DNA of 43,258 bases from a virus: the IMG/VR virus record IMGVR_UViG_3300050154_000067; one strand, given 5' to 3'. The notes under the pieces were generated by a model. The model was given only the letters and a program-made list of their open reading frames with translations. It was not told where the DNA came from and searched no databases. Shown here piece after piece: positions 34,486-41,885 of this stretch (position 1 is the first letter of the stretch; every line of letters begins with the position of its first letter). The translations under genes and the position numbers were made by a program.

Positions 34486-35071
34486 AGCTCATGAGTTGCA
34501 TTGCCACGTTCTCCGCTTCTTGCCGGGATGCGAACGTGCGCGACAAAATCCAACGCCAAAGCACGTCAAGCGCGGCGCTGTACAGTTTTTGAAAATCGGT
34601 TTCGTCCATATTGGAAAAGGCGATACTGCGGGGGTGTTTACGCAGGGTGCCGTCAGGCAGTTGGATGGCATCGAAATGCCCGGCTTCGGTGATCACCCAC
34701 GCACGATAGGCATCGAATGATTTGAACATGCTGATGCTGCCTGCGCGCTTGTCAGCTATGCGATCGAGGTATTGTTCGGCGGCGTCCAGCAATGCGTCTT
34801 CACTGCCGCCATAGGACGCCAGGAATTTTGCATACCCGCTAACCAGCTTTCGTTCATTAGACGAGATAGCGCCGCCGGTAGGTTCCCAGTATTCAAATCC
34901 GAGATTGAGTAACGCGAAGAAACGCCGATGAAATGCGGGGTTGCGGACCTGTTTTACTTCGGCCACCAGCACGGCGCCGAGCTTACATTTTGAATGCAAA
35001 AAATCGCTGGTCTCCGGCGAGGCGGGGATCAGGTATCCTGCTTGATGCTTAACGAGTTGTAGTTGCGCCAT
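34475..35071 (-). CDS. Nin-region protein (DUF1367-like by recollection)
   Basis: 198 aa; 'NPAFHRRFFALLNLGFEYWEP' motif. Confidence 0.55.
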   Translation of the reverse strand: MAQLQLVKHQAGYLIPASPETSDFLHSKCKLGAVLVAEVKQVRNPAFHRRFFALLNLGFEYWEPTGGAISSNERKLVSGYAKFLASYGGSEDALLDAAEQYLDRIADKRAGSISMFKSFDAYRAWVITEAGHFDAIQLPDGTLRKHPRSIAFSNMDETDFQKLYSAALDVLWRWILSRTFASRQEAENVAMQLMSYAG

Positions 35072-35199
35072 GGTGTTTCTCCACGACGCGAGGTTCGGTG
35101 CCAGTTGTTCAGGCTGACACCGATATTATGGATGGGCGATTAAAGAAAATCAAAGCGTTATTTTACAGCAGCATTATTTAAAGCAAACATAATACTATC

Positions 35200-35213
35200 T
35201 GTGACATGTCACA
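35200..35213. repeat. 14-bp perfect palindrome TGTGACATGTCACA
   Basis: Self-complementary; lies 17 nt downstream of the moron C stop. Confidence 0.9.
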
Positions 35214-35229
35214 AAGCCCACCTTATAAA

Positions 35230-35481
35230 TTACTCATGCTTTGGCAAGTATTTAAGAGTGTAAGAATAAAAGCCTTTTTCTTTTAACTCCCTTAATGCTT
35301 CGTCCAAATTCTCGATTGCTGTTGATCCAATCTCTCTATTGCTTGAGATCAGAGAAATCTTTTTAAAATCACCAGGTAAAAATTCTATATCACCCCATTT
35401 TATTTTTGTTGGGTCAGAATTATGCGGCACGAATAGAAGCTTGAATAAATTTGATTCGCTACGGTACATATCAACCTTCAT
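35230..35481 (-). CDS. Moron C: 83-aa protein of unknown function
   Basis: Strongly AT-rich ORF inserted between early genes and the nin block. Confidence 0.5.
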   Translation of the reverse strand: MKVDMYRSESNLFKLLFVPHNSDPTKIKWGDIEFLPGDFKKISLISSNREIGSTAIENLDEALRELKEKGFYSYTLKYLPKHE

Positions 35482-35498
35482 CTGATACCCACTTAGAT

Positions 35499-35840
35499 TT
35501 AAACGGTTAATTTAAGATCATGCCATCCAAGCGTAAGCCAGCACTCATGATCACCAGAAAAACAGCACTCGTTAACGGGTAGTTTATCGCCACATTTCTT
35601 GCATGTCGTCAATCCCGATAGCTTTTCTTTGACCTCAACATGATCCCGCCGGATTAGAATTGATAGGTACTCGGCCATTTCATATGGATCACGGCCCGGC
35701 CGCCTAGCCGCACAATTCAACCTCAGCATTTCTATTTCCTGAGAGTCCAGGATCAGCTCAAACTTTTGAAATCCAGATTGCTGCTGGCGCTCACGGGATG
35801 CCCGCTTTCTGGCCGCCGCCTTTTCCTTTGCGTCTGCCAT
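35499..35840 (-). CDS. Hypothetical early protein (basic N-terminus, Cys cluster at the C-terminus)
   Basis: 113 aa; 'CKKCGDKLPVNECCFSGDHEC'. Confidence 0.5.
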   Translation of the reverse strand: MADAKEKAAARKRASRERQQQSGFQKFELILDSQEIEMLRLNCAARRPGRDPYEMAEYLSILIRRDHVEVKEKLSGLTTCKKCGDKLPVNECCFSGDHECWLTLGWHDLKLTV

Positions 35841-36382
35841 TACTCACCGTCCTTACCAGCATCACCTGTCTGGGCGACGCAGCCGGCAGCCTCAATCTGC
35901 TTCACAACGTAGCCACGGCTCATTACCGTTGAGCTGTTGAGCAACACGACCGGCTTTTGCGGGGCGGTGAATAGCGGTGCAATATTTCTTTCAAGGTCGG
36001 TTATGACGCCCCAGATTGGAACGAAAGCGCTCCCTTGCCTTGCCATGTCTCGATAGCTGTCAGCATAAGTCAGCGCCGGGTTAGCCACCGGCACCTGATC
36101 GCCTTTCAGCTCTTCAATATACGCGGCAAGCTTATCAGCACGAAGACGCTCATTTTCAAAGCTGACTGACCAGTTTTCAGCCCGCTGGCGTTCTGCTGCC
36201 AGTGCCGCCTCTGCCTCATCCAGCTGCTGAAGCAACGCGCCAAGCCGCTGCGCCTGCCGTTCTACCACCGCAACCGGGCATTGGCCGGTGAGCGCAAGGT
36301 ATCCATCGGGATTGCCGATCATGTCGTGCGCGTTGCGTTCGGCAATCTTGTAAGCCTCAATTGCTGCTTTTTTGTCGATCAT
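35840..36382 (-). CDS. Coiled-coil early protein (Ead/Ea22-like); start at ATG 36382
   Basis: ATGA overlap with the upstream stop; central heptad-like 'LLQQLDEAEAALAAERQRAE'. Confidence 0.5.
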   Translation of the reverse strand: MIDKKAAIEAYKIAERNAHDMIGNPDGYLALTGQCPVAVVERQAQRLGALLQQLDEAEAALAAERQRAENWSVSFENERLRADKLAAYIEELKGDQVPVANPALTYADSYRDMARQGSAFVPIWGVITDLERNIAPLFTAPQKPVVLLNSSTVMSRGYVVKQIEAAGCVAQTGDAGKDGE

Positions 36383-36837
36383 ATAGCCTCCCAAAAATCG
36401 ACGTCAGCCTTTGCGGCCTTGAGCGCCGCCTTGTAGCTAGCCTTGGCCTCTTTCACTGTCTTGCAGAATTTCCCCTTACCAAGCGGGCTGGAGAAGCGAA
36501 CCATTCCGCTGTTCTCATAGCTATAGCCATATTCACGCCGTGGGACGTCGATACCAAGCCAAGTGGCAAAATCATCGCCATAATCAGCATGTAAATATTC
36601 CTGATATCGAGCTTTTGACCGGCTGACCTTCGGCGGGGTATAGCGCGCAACTTCGCCGTAGGTGATACCGTCAATAGGGTGGTATGGCCTTGGGCTGCTG
36701 TCAGGATCGCTATCGAGAACTATGCCGATATGGTGGCCCATATCCTTGACGATAACGCCGGGCTTGCCATAGGCGGTTACGCGCCGACCCATGCAGGCAT
36801 TGACGCCATAATGCTGGTTTACATACTCAAAGTTCAT
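36379..36837 (-). CDS. Hypothetical early protein (152 aa from ATG 36837)
   Basis: GGGGGA SD. The ORF-track start 37002 lies inside the ASCH-like gene. Confidence 0.5.
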   Translation of the reverse strand: MNFEYVNQHYGVNACMGRRVTAYGKPGVIVKDMGHHIGIVLDSDPDSSPRPYHPIDGITYGEVARYTPPKVSRSKARYQEYLHADYGDDFATWLGIDVPRREYGYSYENSGMVRFSSPLGKGKFCKTVKEAKASYKAALKAAKADVDFWEAI

Positions 36838-37465
36838 GCTTCCCCCCGGCGCGCAGATGTTCGAATTCAATAACCCAGACCCACGGGTTAGCCTGCCAGC
36901 TTTCCGGGCCATAGATTGAGTCCCACAGCTCACGGAATGCCAGTCCTGCCTCCATAGGACCGGATGCGGCGATAACCCCTTCTGCGCGAGCATCATCCTC
37001 ACTCATGCTGCGTAACCGCTCAGCGCGCACGTTGGTGATCAGCAGGTCGATACGTGATGCCCAGCGCGGCATGTGTATGGATGGAGTCCAGGCGCCGTCA
37101 AATTCTATTTCACGATCCGGAACACTCCAAATCCCGTAGTTATTAGGTTTCTGCCAGCACGAAGCCTTGTAAATCCGTGCTGCATCCTTCTTGTCGGTTA
37201 CGATGTTGTCATTCCAATCCACTGGGCAACCATCTTCATTGCCAAGCAATGAGAACGTCTCACGCACCCAGAGCTGATCGCCTACGTTGCCGAACGGGCA
37301 GTTATATTCCCTTTCAGAAGTGTCCAACCACCTGCTAGAAGGCAAAAACAATAACAGGCCATCTTCGTCCGGCTGAACCTTTAAAACTCGGCGAGTCTGC
37401 GTCTTGCGACCGCTAATGATGGCCTTAACCATCTCAGCGTTGAATAAAATAGGGCGCTCTTTCAT
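36827..37465 (-). CDS. ASCH-domain-like protein
   Basis: N-terminal 'RPILFNAEMVKAIISGRKTQTRRV' is the typical ASCH signature. Confidence 0.65.
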   Translation of the reverse strand: MKERPILFNAEMVKAIISGRKTQTRRVLKVQPDEDGLLLFLPSSRWLDTSEREYNCPFGNVGDQLWVRETFSLLGNEDGCPVDWNDNIVTDKKDAARIYKASCWQKPNNYGIWSVPDREIEFDGAWTPSIHMPRWASRIDLLITNVRAERLRSMSEDDARAEGVIAASGPMEAGLAFRELWDSIYGPESWQANPWVWVIEFEHLRAGGKHEL

Positions 37466-37467
37466 AG

Positions 37468-37815
37468 TTAGTCATTCCAGCAAGAGATTTCTTCATCGAT
37501 GCATTCATCGATAACATCGACAGTAAGCGCCTGGGCGGCGACCAAAGCCCGACACAAAAATGTGTGTCTGATAGGCTCGTACCAGTAATGAAACTCAGGC
37601 GTCCAATACTCTTTACCCATGCCTTTCCATTCCTCGATCGCGATTTCCTCTGCCATTGAATTCAACCAGCTGTCGGCAGAAACTAACGCCGTTTCGCGGA
37701 TGTACCCTTTGAGGTGATGCTTTCGCCAAACTGGTGAAATTTTCGAATCACAGAAAGGCTTGAAGCGAATAGCCCAGCGGCGGATAAAACGGGCATGAAT
37801 TGACTTATTTTTCAT
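37468..37815 (-). CDS. Hypothetical early protein
   Basis: 115 aa, tightly packed in the operon. Confidence 0.5.
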   Translation of the reverse strand: MKNKSIHARFIRRWAIRFKPFCDSKISPVWRKHHLKGYIRETALVSADSWLNSMAEEIAIEEWKGMGKEYWTPEFHYWYEPIRHTFLCRALVAAQALTVDVIDECIDEEISCWND

Positions 37816-37818
37816 GAT

Positions 37819-38079
37819 TTACCTCGGCAAATTGATTTGATAGTCGGCGCAGAAATCCAGTACATACATGCACTCCGCAGGGCTTTCCGTTTCATTCACA
37901 ACGTCACAGCCGCCAGAGTGCAGGCAGTTGCAGTCCTGGCAATTAAGCCGGTTTTCGAAACAGTTCTTCGCCATGTGATAGCCGTTGCACTTCCCGCCGC
38001 TGAACCGGTGTGGAAAATTGTAAGAGGGGCATTTGCAGGTCACCTGCCTGCCGTCCCAATACGCCTCCACGCCGCTCAT
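37819..38079 (-). CDS. Cys-rich small protein (86 aa, 10 Cys, 3 His); start ATG 38079
   Basis: TAATG stop/start overlap with the upstream gene; no known zinc-finger spacing recognised. Confidence 0.5.
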   Translation of the reverse strand: MSGVEAYWDGRQVTCKCPSYNFPHRFSGGKCNGYHMAKNCFENRLNCQDCNCLHSGGCDVVNETESPAECMYVLDFCADYQINLPR

Positions 38080-38459
38080 TACAGGGTGCCCGCACGCAGA
38101 TTTGCGGCGAATTCTTTGGCCGCCCTGGCTGATGCCCTCCACCGCGCACCAGTCGGTGTGTACTGCAGCTGTTCTGCGCCGTCGGCCATCTTCATGCAGT
38201 GCTCGGCAAAGAGGTCAGCACCGCGGGCGTAAAGCTCAGTTATGGCGGCGTCGGTGGCTGGGGTTTCTGGATTCCAGTCGTTTTCATCGAACCAGTCATC
38301 AAGAGGTGCGGTATCGCCGTTCAGGTGCCAACCGAGAACTTCAAACCCCTTACCATAAAGTTCGCTGTTGACTCCATCCACTGCCACTCGAAGCGCTGCG
38401 TTCTCAGCAGTCAGCGCCAGGTTATCGGCCTGAAGTTTTTCGATAATTGACTGGCTCAT
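38079..38459 (-). CDS. Ead/Ea22-like early protein
   Basis: N-terminal coiled coil 'LQADNLALTAENAALRVA' with an acidic Trp-containing middle region. Confidence 0.45.
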   Translation of the reverse strand: MSQSIIEKLQADNLALTAENAALRVAVDGVNSELYGKGFEVLGWHLNGDTAPLDDWFDENDWNPETPATDAAITELYARGADLFAEHCMKMADGAEQLQYTPTGARWRASARAAKEFAANLRAGTL

Positions 38460-39154
38460 GATCCAGACCTCCCGAGCATTTTTTTAAATGATTCCAGAAA
38501 CTTCTTGGCCGTGTCCGCACTGGCGGGCGTGTACAGCTCCGGGATTGTGATAACCGGGACCGGTATCTCCATTCCCGCATCAATCCGCTTAACCATCGCC
38601 CGTAGCGACTTAACGCACTCTTTGCGCAGCTCTGCGTCGGTCATTGCAAGGTTGCGCATACGGTCGCTTAACCGGGTGACCATCCAGTAGCAGGCGTTGC
38701 TTGGCCACGGAAACGCCTCGGGCGACGGGTACCGGTATTTTTTGGCGTTGTAGGTGACCACAAGGTCGTACAGCTCGGCGCTGGTGGGCAGCCCGTGTGC
38801 AACACCTTCGCCCTCTTGGCACCAGGTGACGAACTGGCCAGGTGACGGCAGGAACGGGCGTTCTTGCTGGCGGGCAATGCGCAGACCGGCATCAACCTGG
38901 GCTTTTGTCCGGATCCCGTTTTCGGCAAAAGCCAATAACCATTGCTGGCGAAAATTGTTTAAGTCGTCCTGCTCACGAATGTTTGCCATGCTCGCAGGGA
39001 ACATAGCGCGCAGTTGCTTGAATAGGTCGTTGAATACCACCGATACCTGTTCTGCATTGCCCTGTGGCCCTACTGGCTGCGCCGGGACGCTGTTGGCAAT
39101 CAGTTGCAGTTGTTTGCGATCCATGCCTTGCAATTCTCTGCTGACGTTTCTCAT
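38456..39154 (-). CDS. Replication protein P homologue (DnaB helicase loader)
   Basis: Long colinear similarity to lambda P as I recall it: 'FPAS.AN', 'RQQW.LAF.ENGI', 'RPFLPSPGQFV.WC', 'YPW.SNA.YW'. Confidence 0.85.
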   Translation of the reverse strand: MRNVSRELQGMDRKQLQLIANSVPAQPVGPQGNAEQVSVVFNDLFKQLRAMFPASMANIREQDDLNNFRQQWLLAFAENGIRTKAQVDAGLRIARQQERPFLPSPGQFVTWCQEGEGVAHGLPTSAELYDLVVTYNAKKYRYPSPEAFPWPSNACYWMVTRLSDRMRNLAMTDAELRKECVKSLRAMVKRIDAGMEIPVPVITIPELYTPASADTAKKFLESFKKMLGRSGS

Positions 39155-39972
39155 GGCCTACCCCCTAAAATATCGTTAACCTGCCCTGCTATCGGCTCCA
39201 TCCAGTCTGTGTTGTCCCAGTCCAAACTCTGGCGTTTCGCCGGGGCCGGGCCGGGTGGAGAACCGACGCGCTGAACGTGCCGGGCAAACTTTTGCTCCCA
39301 CTGGGCTTGGTGGAAGGACTTGCCCTCGGGCTGCCAGTAGCCGATAAACTCGGCAAGCTGTGAAGCCTGGTAAGGCGGTTCGGGAAGGATTACGCCCCAG
39401 GTCGCGGCGCGCTGTCGGAAATCAGCGGAAGGTTTCCAGCCTGGCGCCACAGGGAATTTACCCAGCTGGGTTTCTTCGAAATCCCAGGGTTCGGGATCGA
39501 AATTTTCTGGTGGGTTTTGTGGTTCAGGAGGTGTGATTAAATTTTCGTCAACACCCTTAAGAGAGGGGTTTATATCTTCTCTTCTCTTCTCTTCTCTAGT
39601 CCGCTTTTTGTCCGCTTCGGGTGCGGACGTTTTGCGGGTATTCCTTTTCCTATCTGCGTCCTGCGCACGACGTTTTGCTGACTGTCCGTTATGTTCAAAA
39701 AACCTTGGCATACAAAGAGTTGATTCAGTCTCCTCAAGCCAGCCAACAGTTGTCATTGCTTGCGCAAAGCCCGGGAAGTTAATCATGTCATCCAGGGTTT
39801 TTAATGAGTATCCGTCGAGCACTCCATCAGTGGAATGCACGTCAAACAGACACCAGGTGGCGTGCAGTGCGCCGATTACGCGCAATCTGTCCGCACTCAA
39901 TGCGGACGCAATTCGGACGATTTTCGGATGTGTGTGTAGTTCTGTACGCATCTTGATCCAGTCTCCAGCCAT
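39151..39972 (-). CDS. Replication initiator (O-like position) with DnaT-type C-terminal domain
   Basis: 273 aa. C-terminal 'LAEFIGYWQPEGKSFHQAQWEQKFARHV' and a basic Arg/Glu linker. Contains iteron-like repeats. Confidence 0.6.
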   Translation of the reverse strand: MAGDWIKMRTELHTHPKIVRIASALSADRLRVIGALHATWCLFDVHSTDGVLDGYSLKTLDDMINFPGFAQAMTTVGWLEETESTLCMPRFFEHNGQSAKRRAQDADRKRNTRKTSAPEADKKRTREEKRREDINPSLKGVDENLITPPEPQNPPENFDPEPWDFEETQLGKFPVAPGWKPSADFRQRAATWGVILPEPPYQASQLAEFIGYWQPEGKSFHQAQWEQKFARHVQRVGSPPGPAPAKRQSLDWDNTDWMEPIAGQVNDILGGRP

Positions 39973-40033
39973 GGTATGTTCCGTTTTTCATTTCTATGTT
40001 CATTGGTCGATTGTTTTAGTTTTTTGGATCGTT

Positions 40034-40354
40034 TTAATCCCATCCAAGCGGACCTGGCCGCGCTCGTTCTGCCCGCAAACCAATGTCGGCCAGCGTTTCA
40101 ACTGAGGTCAGATAGTCGCGGGAAACCACCGCAGCCTCGGGCGGTACTGCGTGGATTTTTAAGAAAGCCATGATCTCTGCGATCTGCCGGAAATAGCCGT
40201 CGGTCTTCCAGCGGCTAACGGCTGACTCGCTCAGCTTCATGTGCTCAGCGAGTGATTTTTGACCTACCGACGCAAGCCGATTGATAAAAATCGACTCGAT
40301 GTCAAGCGGGTTGTGTTGCGGTAGTTCTAACTTTCGTGCAATTGCGTTTTCCAT
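40034..40354 (-). CDS. CII-like transcriptional activator (106 aa from ATG 40354)
   Basis: GAGGA SD; HTH 'GQKSLAEHMKLSESAVSRWK'; located directly after cro. Confidence 0.55.
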   Translation of the reverse strand: MENAIARKLELPQHNPLDIESIFINRLASVGQKSLAEHMKLSESAVSRWKTDGYFRQIAEIMAFLKIHAVPPEAAVVSRDYLTSVETLADIGLRAERARPGPLGWD

Positions 40355-40367
40355 CTGTGATATTTCC

Positions 40368-40589
40368 TCACGGCAGTTGGTGCGGTTTGCGGCTTTCGCC
40401 ATGCAGAAGCCAGTAAGGGTCGCACTCTAATGCCCTTGCCAACTCAACCAGGAAGCGTGGGCGCTTTGTTTCGCCAGCTTCAATAGCTTGAACTGATTGC
40501 TGCCTCATCCCAGCCAGCGTGGCCAGTTGGGATTGAGACAAATTCATTTCTTCGCGCTTTTGTTTTAGTCGTTGTGAAATAGTGACCAT
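40368..40589 (-). CDS. cro: Cro-like XRE-family HTH repressor
   Basis: 73 aa; 'MNLSQSQLATLAGMRQQSVQAIEAG'; divergent from cI across the operator region. Confidence 0.75.
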   Translation of the reverse strand: MVTISQRLKQKREEMNLSQSQLATLAGMRQQSVQAIEAGETKRPRFLVELARALECDPYWLLHGESRKPHQLP

Positions 40590-40601
40590 ATATGTACCCC
40601 C

Positions 40602-40660
40602 ACAGTTTTATCTGTATTCTCTGACAGTTATTTCTGTTTGTCAAATACAGTTTTGCCTGT
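40602..40660. promoter_or_regulatory. OR-like tripartite operator: three 14-bp ACAG-N6-CTGT sites
   Basis: ACAGTTTTATCTGT at 40602, ACAGTTATTTCTGT at 40624 and ACAGTTTTGCCTGT at 40647, with centre spacing of 22-23 bp. Confidence 0.75.
40616..40644 (-). promoter_or_regulatory. PR-like promoter for cro (TTGACA-17-GAGAAT)
   Basis: Perfect -35 at 40644..40639 and -10 at 40621..40616, overlapping the operators. Confidence 0.6.
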
Positions 40661-40665
40661 GATGA
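40637..40665 (+). promoter_or_regulatory. PRM-like promoter for cI (TTGTCA-17-GATGAT)
   Basis: Its -35 overlaps the PR -35 back to back. An AAGGAGGG SD precedes cI. Confidence 0.45.
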
Positions 40666-40696
40666 TCAGATCACATATGAAAGGAGGGAAGGAACC

Positions 40697-41329
40697 ATGA
40701 GCCTTGCAGATCGAGTGAAGCAGAGAAGGAACGAGCTAAACATGACACAGGTGCAGGCTGCGGAAGTGGCGGGTATTCGTCAGCAGTCATGGCAAAGTAT
40801 TGAAGATGGTAAAACATTAAAACCACGAAACATTGTTGGTATTGCAGAAGCGCTAAAGTGCGAGCCGGCATGGTTAATGAACGGTGGAACGTTCTTACCA
40901 GTGAGCGAAGTAAACACAAGGAAGATACCGTTGATAAGCTACGTTCAAGCCGGAGCACTGGCCTCAAAAAGCCCTATTGAGGCATTTGATGGAAGTTTTG
41001 AGTATGTAATGACAGATATGGATTGGTCTGAATATAGTTTTGCGCTAAAAATTATCGGCGACTCTATGGAGCCTGACTTTAAGGCCGGCGATGTGATTAT
41101 CGTTGACCCTGAAATCGAGCCGACACCAGGGGAGTTCGTGGTTGCAGCGAATGGGGATCATGAAGCAACTTTTAAAAAATACCGACCTACGGTTGCCTCA
41201 GTGAACGGTCATCAGCACTTTGAGTTGGTACCTCTTAATGATGACTACCCGATTTTAAAAAGCATAGACAAAGACATACACATTATCGGAACAATGGTTG
41301 AGCATAGGATTTACCGCCGAAAACGCTAA
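40697..41329 (+). CDS. cI: CI-like repressor (XRE HTH plus S24 LexA-like autopeptidase)
   Basis: 'MTQVQAAEVAGIRQQSWQSIEDG' HTH, Ala-Gly cleavage site in 'VQAGAL', catalytic 'GDSMEP' Ser and downstream 'TFKKY' Lys. Confidence 0.9.
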   Translation: MSLADRVKQRRNELNMTQVQAAEVAGIRQQSWQSIEDGKTLKPRNIVGIAEALKCEPAWLMNGGTFLPVSEVNTRKIPLISYVQAGALASKSPIEAFDGSFEYVMTDMDWSEYSFALKIIGDSMEPDFKAGDVIIVDPEIEPTPGEFVVAANGDHEATFKKYRPTVASVNGHQHFELVPLNDDYPILKSIDKDIHIIGTMVEHRIYRRKR

Positions 41330-41350
41330 CCGCAAAACTTAACACGAGAA

Positions 41351-41378
41351 GGCCGCCATGTTTTGGCGGCTTTTTTTT
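41351..41378 (+). terminator. Rho-independent terminator after cI
   Basis: GCCGCC-ATGTTTT-GGCGGC followed by TTTTTTTT. Confidence 0.75.
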
Positions 41379-41437
41379 GCCCGCAAAAAATATTTTCCCT
41401 TCAAATACAGAAATTTATTAGTTAACCATCAAATTTT

Positions 41438-41480
41438 ACAGTTTTGTCTGTTGACGATAAAACAGTTTTATCTGTATTCT
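41438..41480 (+). promoter_or_regulatory. OL/PL-like region: two ACAG-N6-CTGT operators bracketing TTGACG-18-TATTCT
   Basis: ACAGTTTTGTCTGT at 41438. ACAGTTTTATCTGT at 41462 is identical to the OR site at 40602, including its flank TATTCT. Confidence 0.65.
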
Positions 41481-41553
41481 TATCACATCAAGTCAACGAC
41501 ACGCGAGTGTTTCGGTCAACGTTCTGACAGCTCGGAAAGACGGGAGATAAAAA

Positions 41554-41751
41554 ATGGCATTAGTTTCTGTACCAAAAAGCGGCAAAGCCTGTTTGATGCG
41601 CAATCGTCGCACCGGGGCAACCTGGATTGTTTCATTCGATTATACCGATGGCACTTACTGGCATGAACCAGTTGGCAATCTTCGCAACATCCGTCGAGCG
41701 TACGCGTCGCGTTCCGTTAACAAAGCATTAGTTCCGGCGGGAACTCAATAA
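41554..41751 (+). CDS. Early-left small protein with Arg-rich N-terminus (N-like antiterminator is only a guess)
   Basis: GGGAGA SD; 65 aa; 'CLMRNRRTGATW'; first ORF downstream of the PL-like promoter. Confidence 0.5.
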   Translation: MALVSVPKSGKACLMRNRRTGATWIVSFDYTDGTYWHEPVGNLRNIRRAYASRSVNKALVPAGTQ

Positions 41752-41753
41752 CG

Positions 41754-41776
41754 AAAAAACCCGCCGAAGCGGGTTC
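41754..41776. terminator. Hairpin AACCCGC-CGAA-GCGGGTT; its T-run is on the minus strand only
   Basis: On the plus strand an A6 run precedes the hairpin and CTT follows. It is near-identical to the hairpin at 32927-32945. Confidence 0.5.
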
Positions 41777-41885
41777 TTACGCCGGCAGCCGACCAAGGCA
41801 TACCGGAAACAATCGACCAATGAACACACCCAAAGAGCGCTATCACTGGCTCGGGCATTCTACAACCTGATGGAGTTAAAACGCA

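Noticed and set aside
35200-35213. CRP-binding site
   Set aside because: The half-sites TGTGA/TCACA are present but are separated by 4 bp instead of the required 6 bp.
41358-41666. 102-aa plus-strand ORF downstream of cI
   Set aside because: It starts inside the cI terminator, spans the OL/PL operators and overlaps the better-supported ORF 41554..41751 in another frame.
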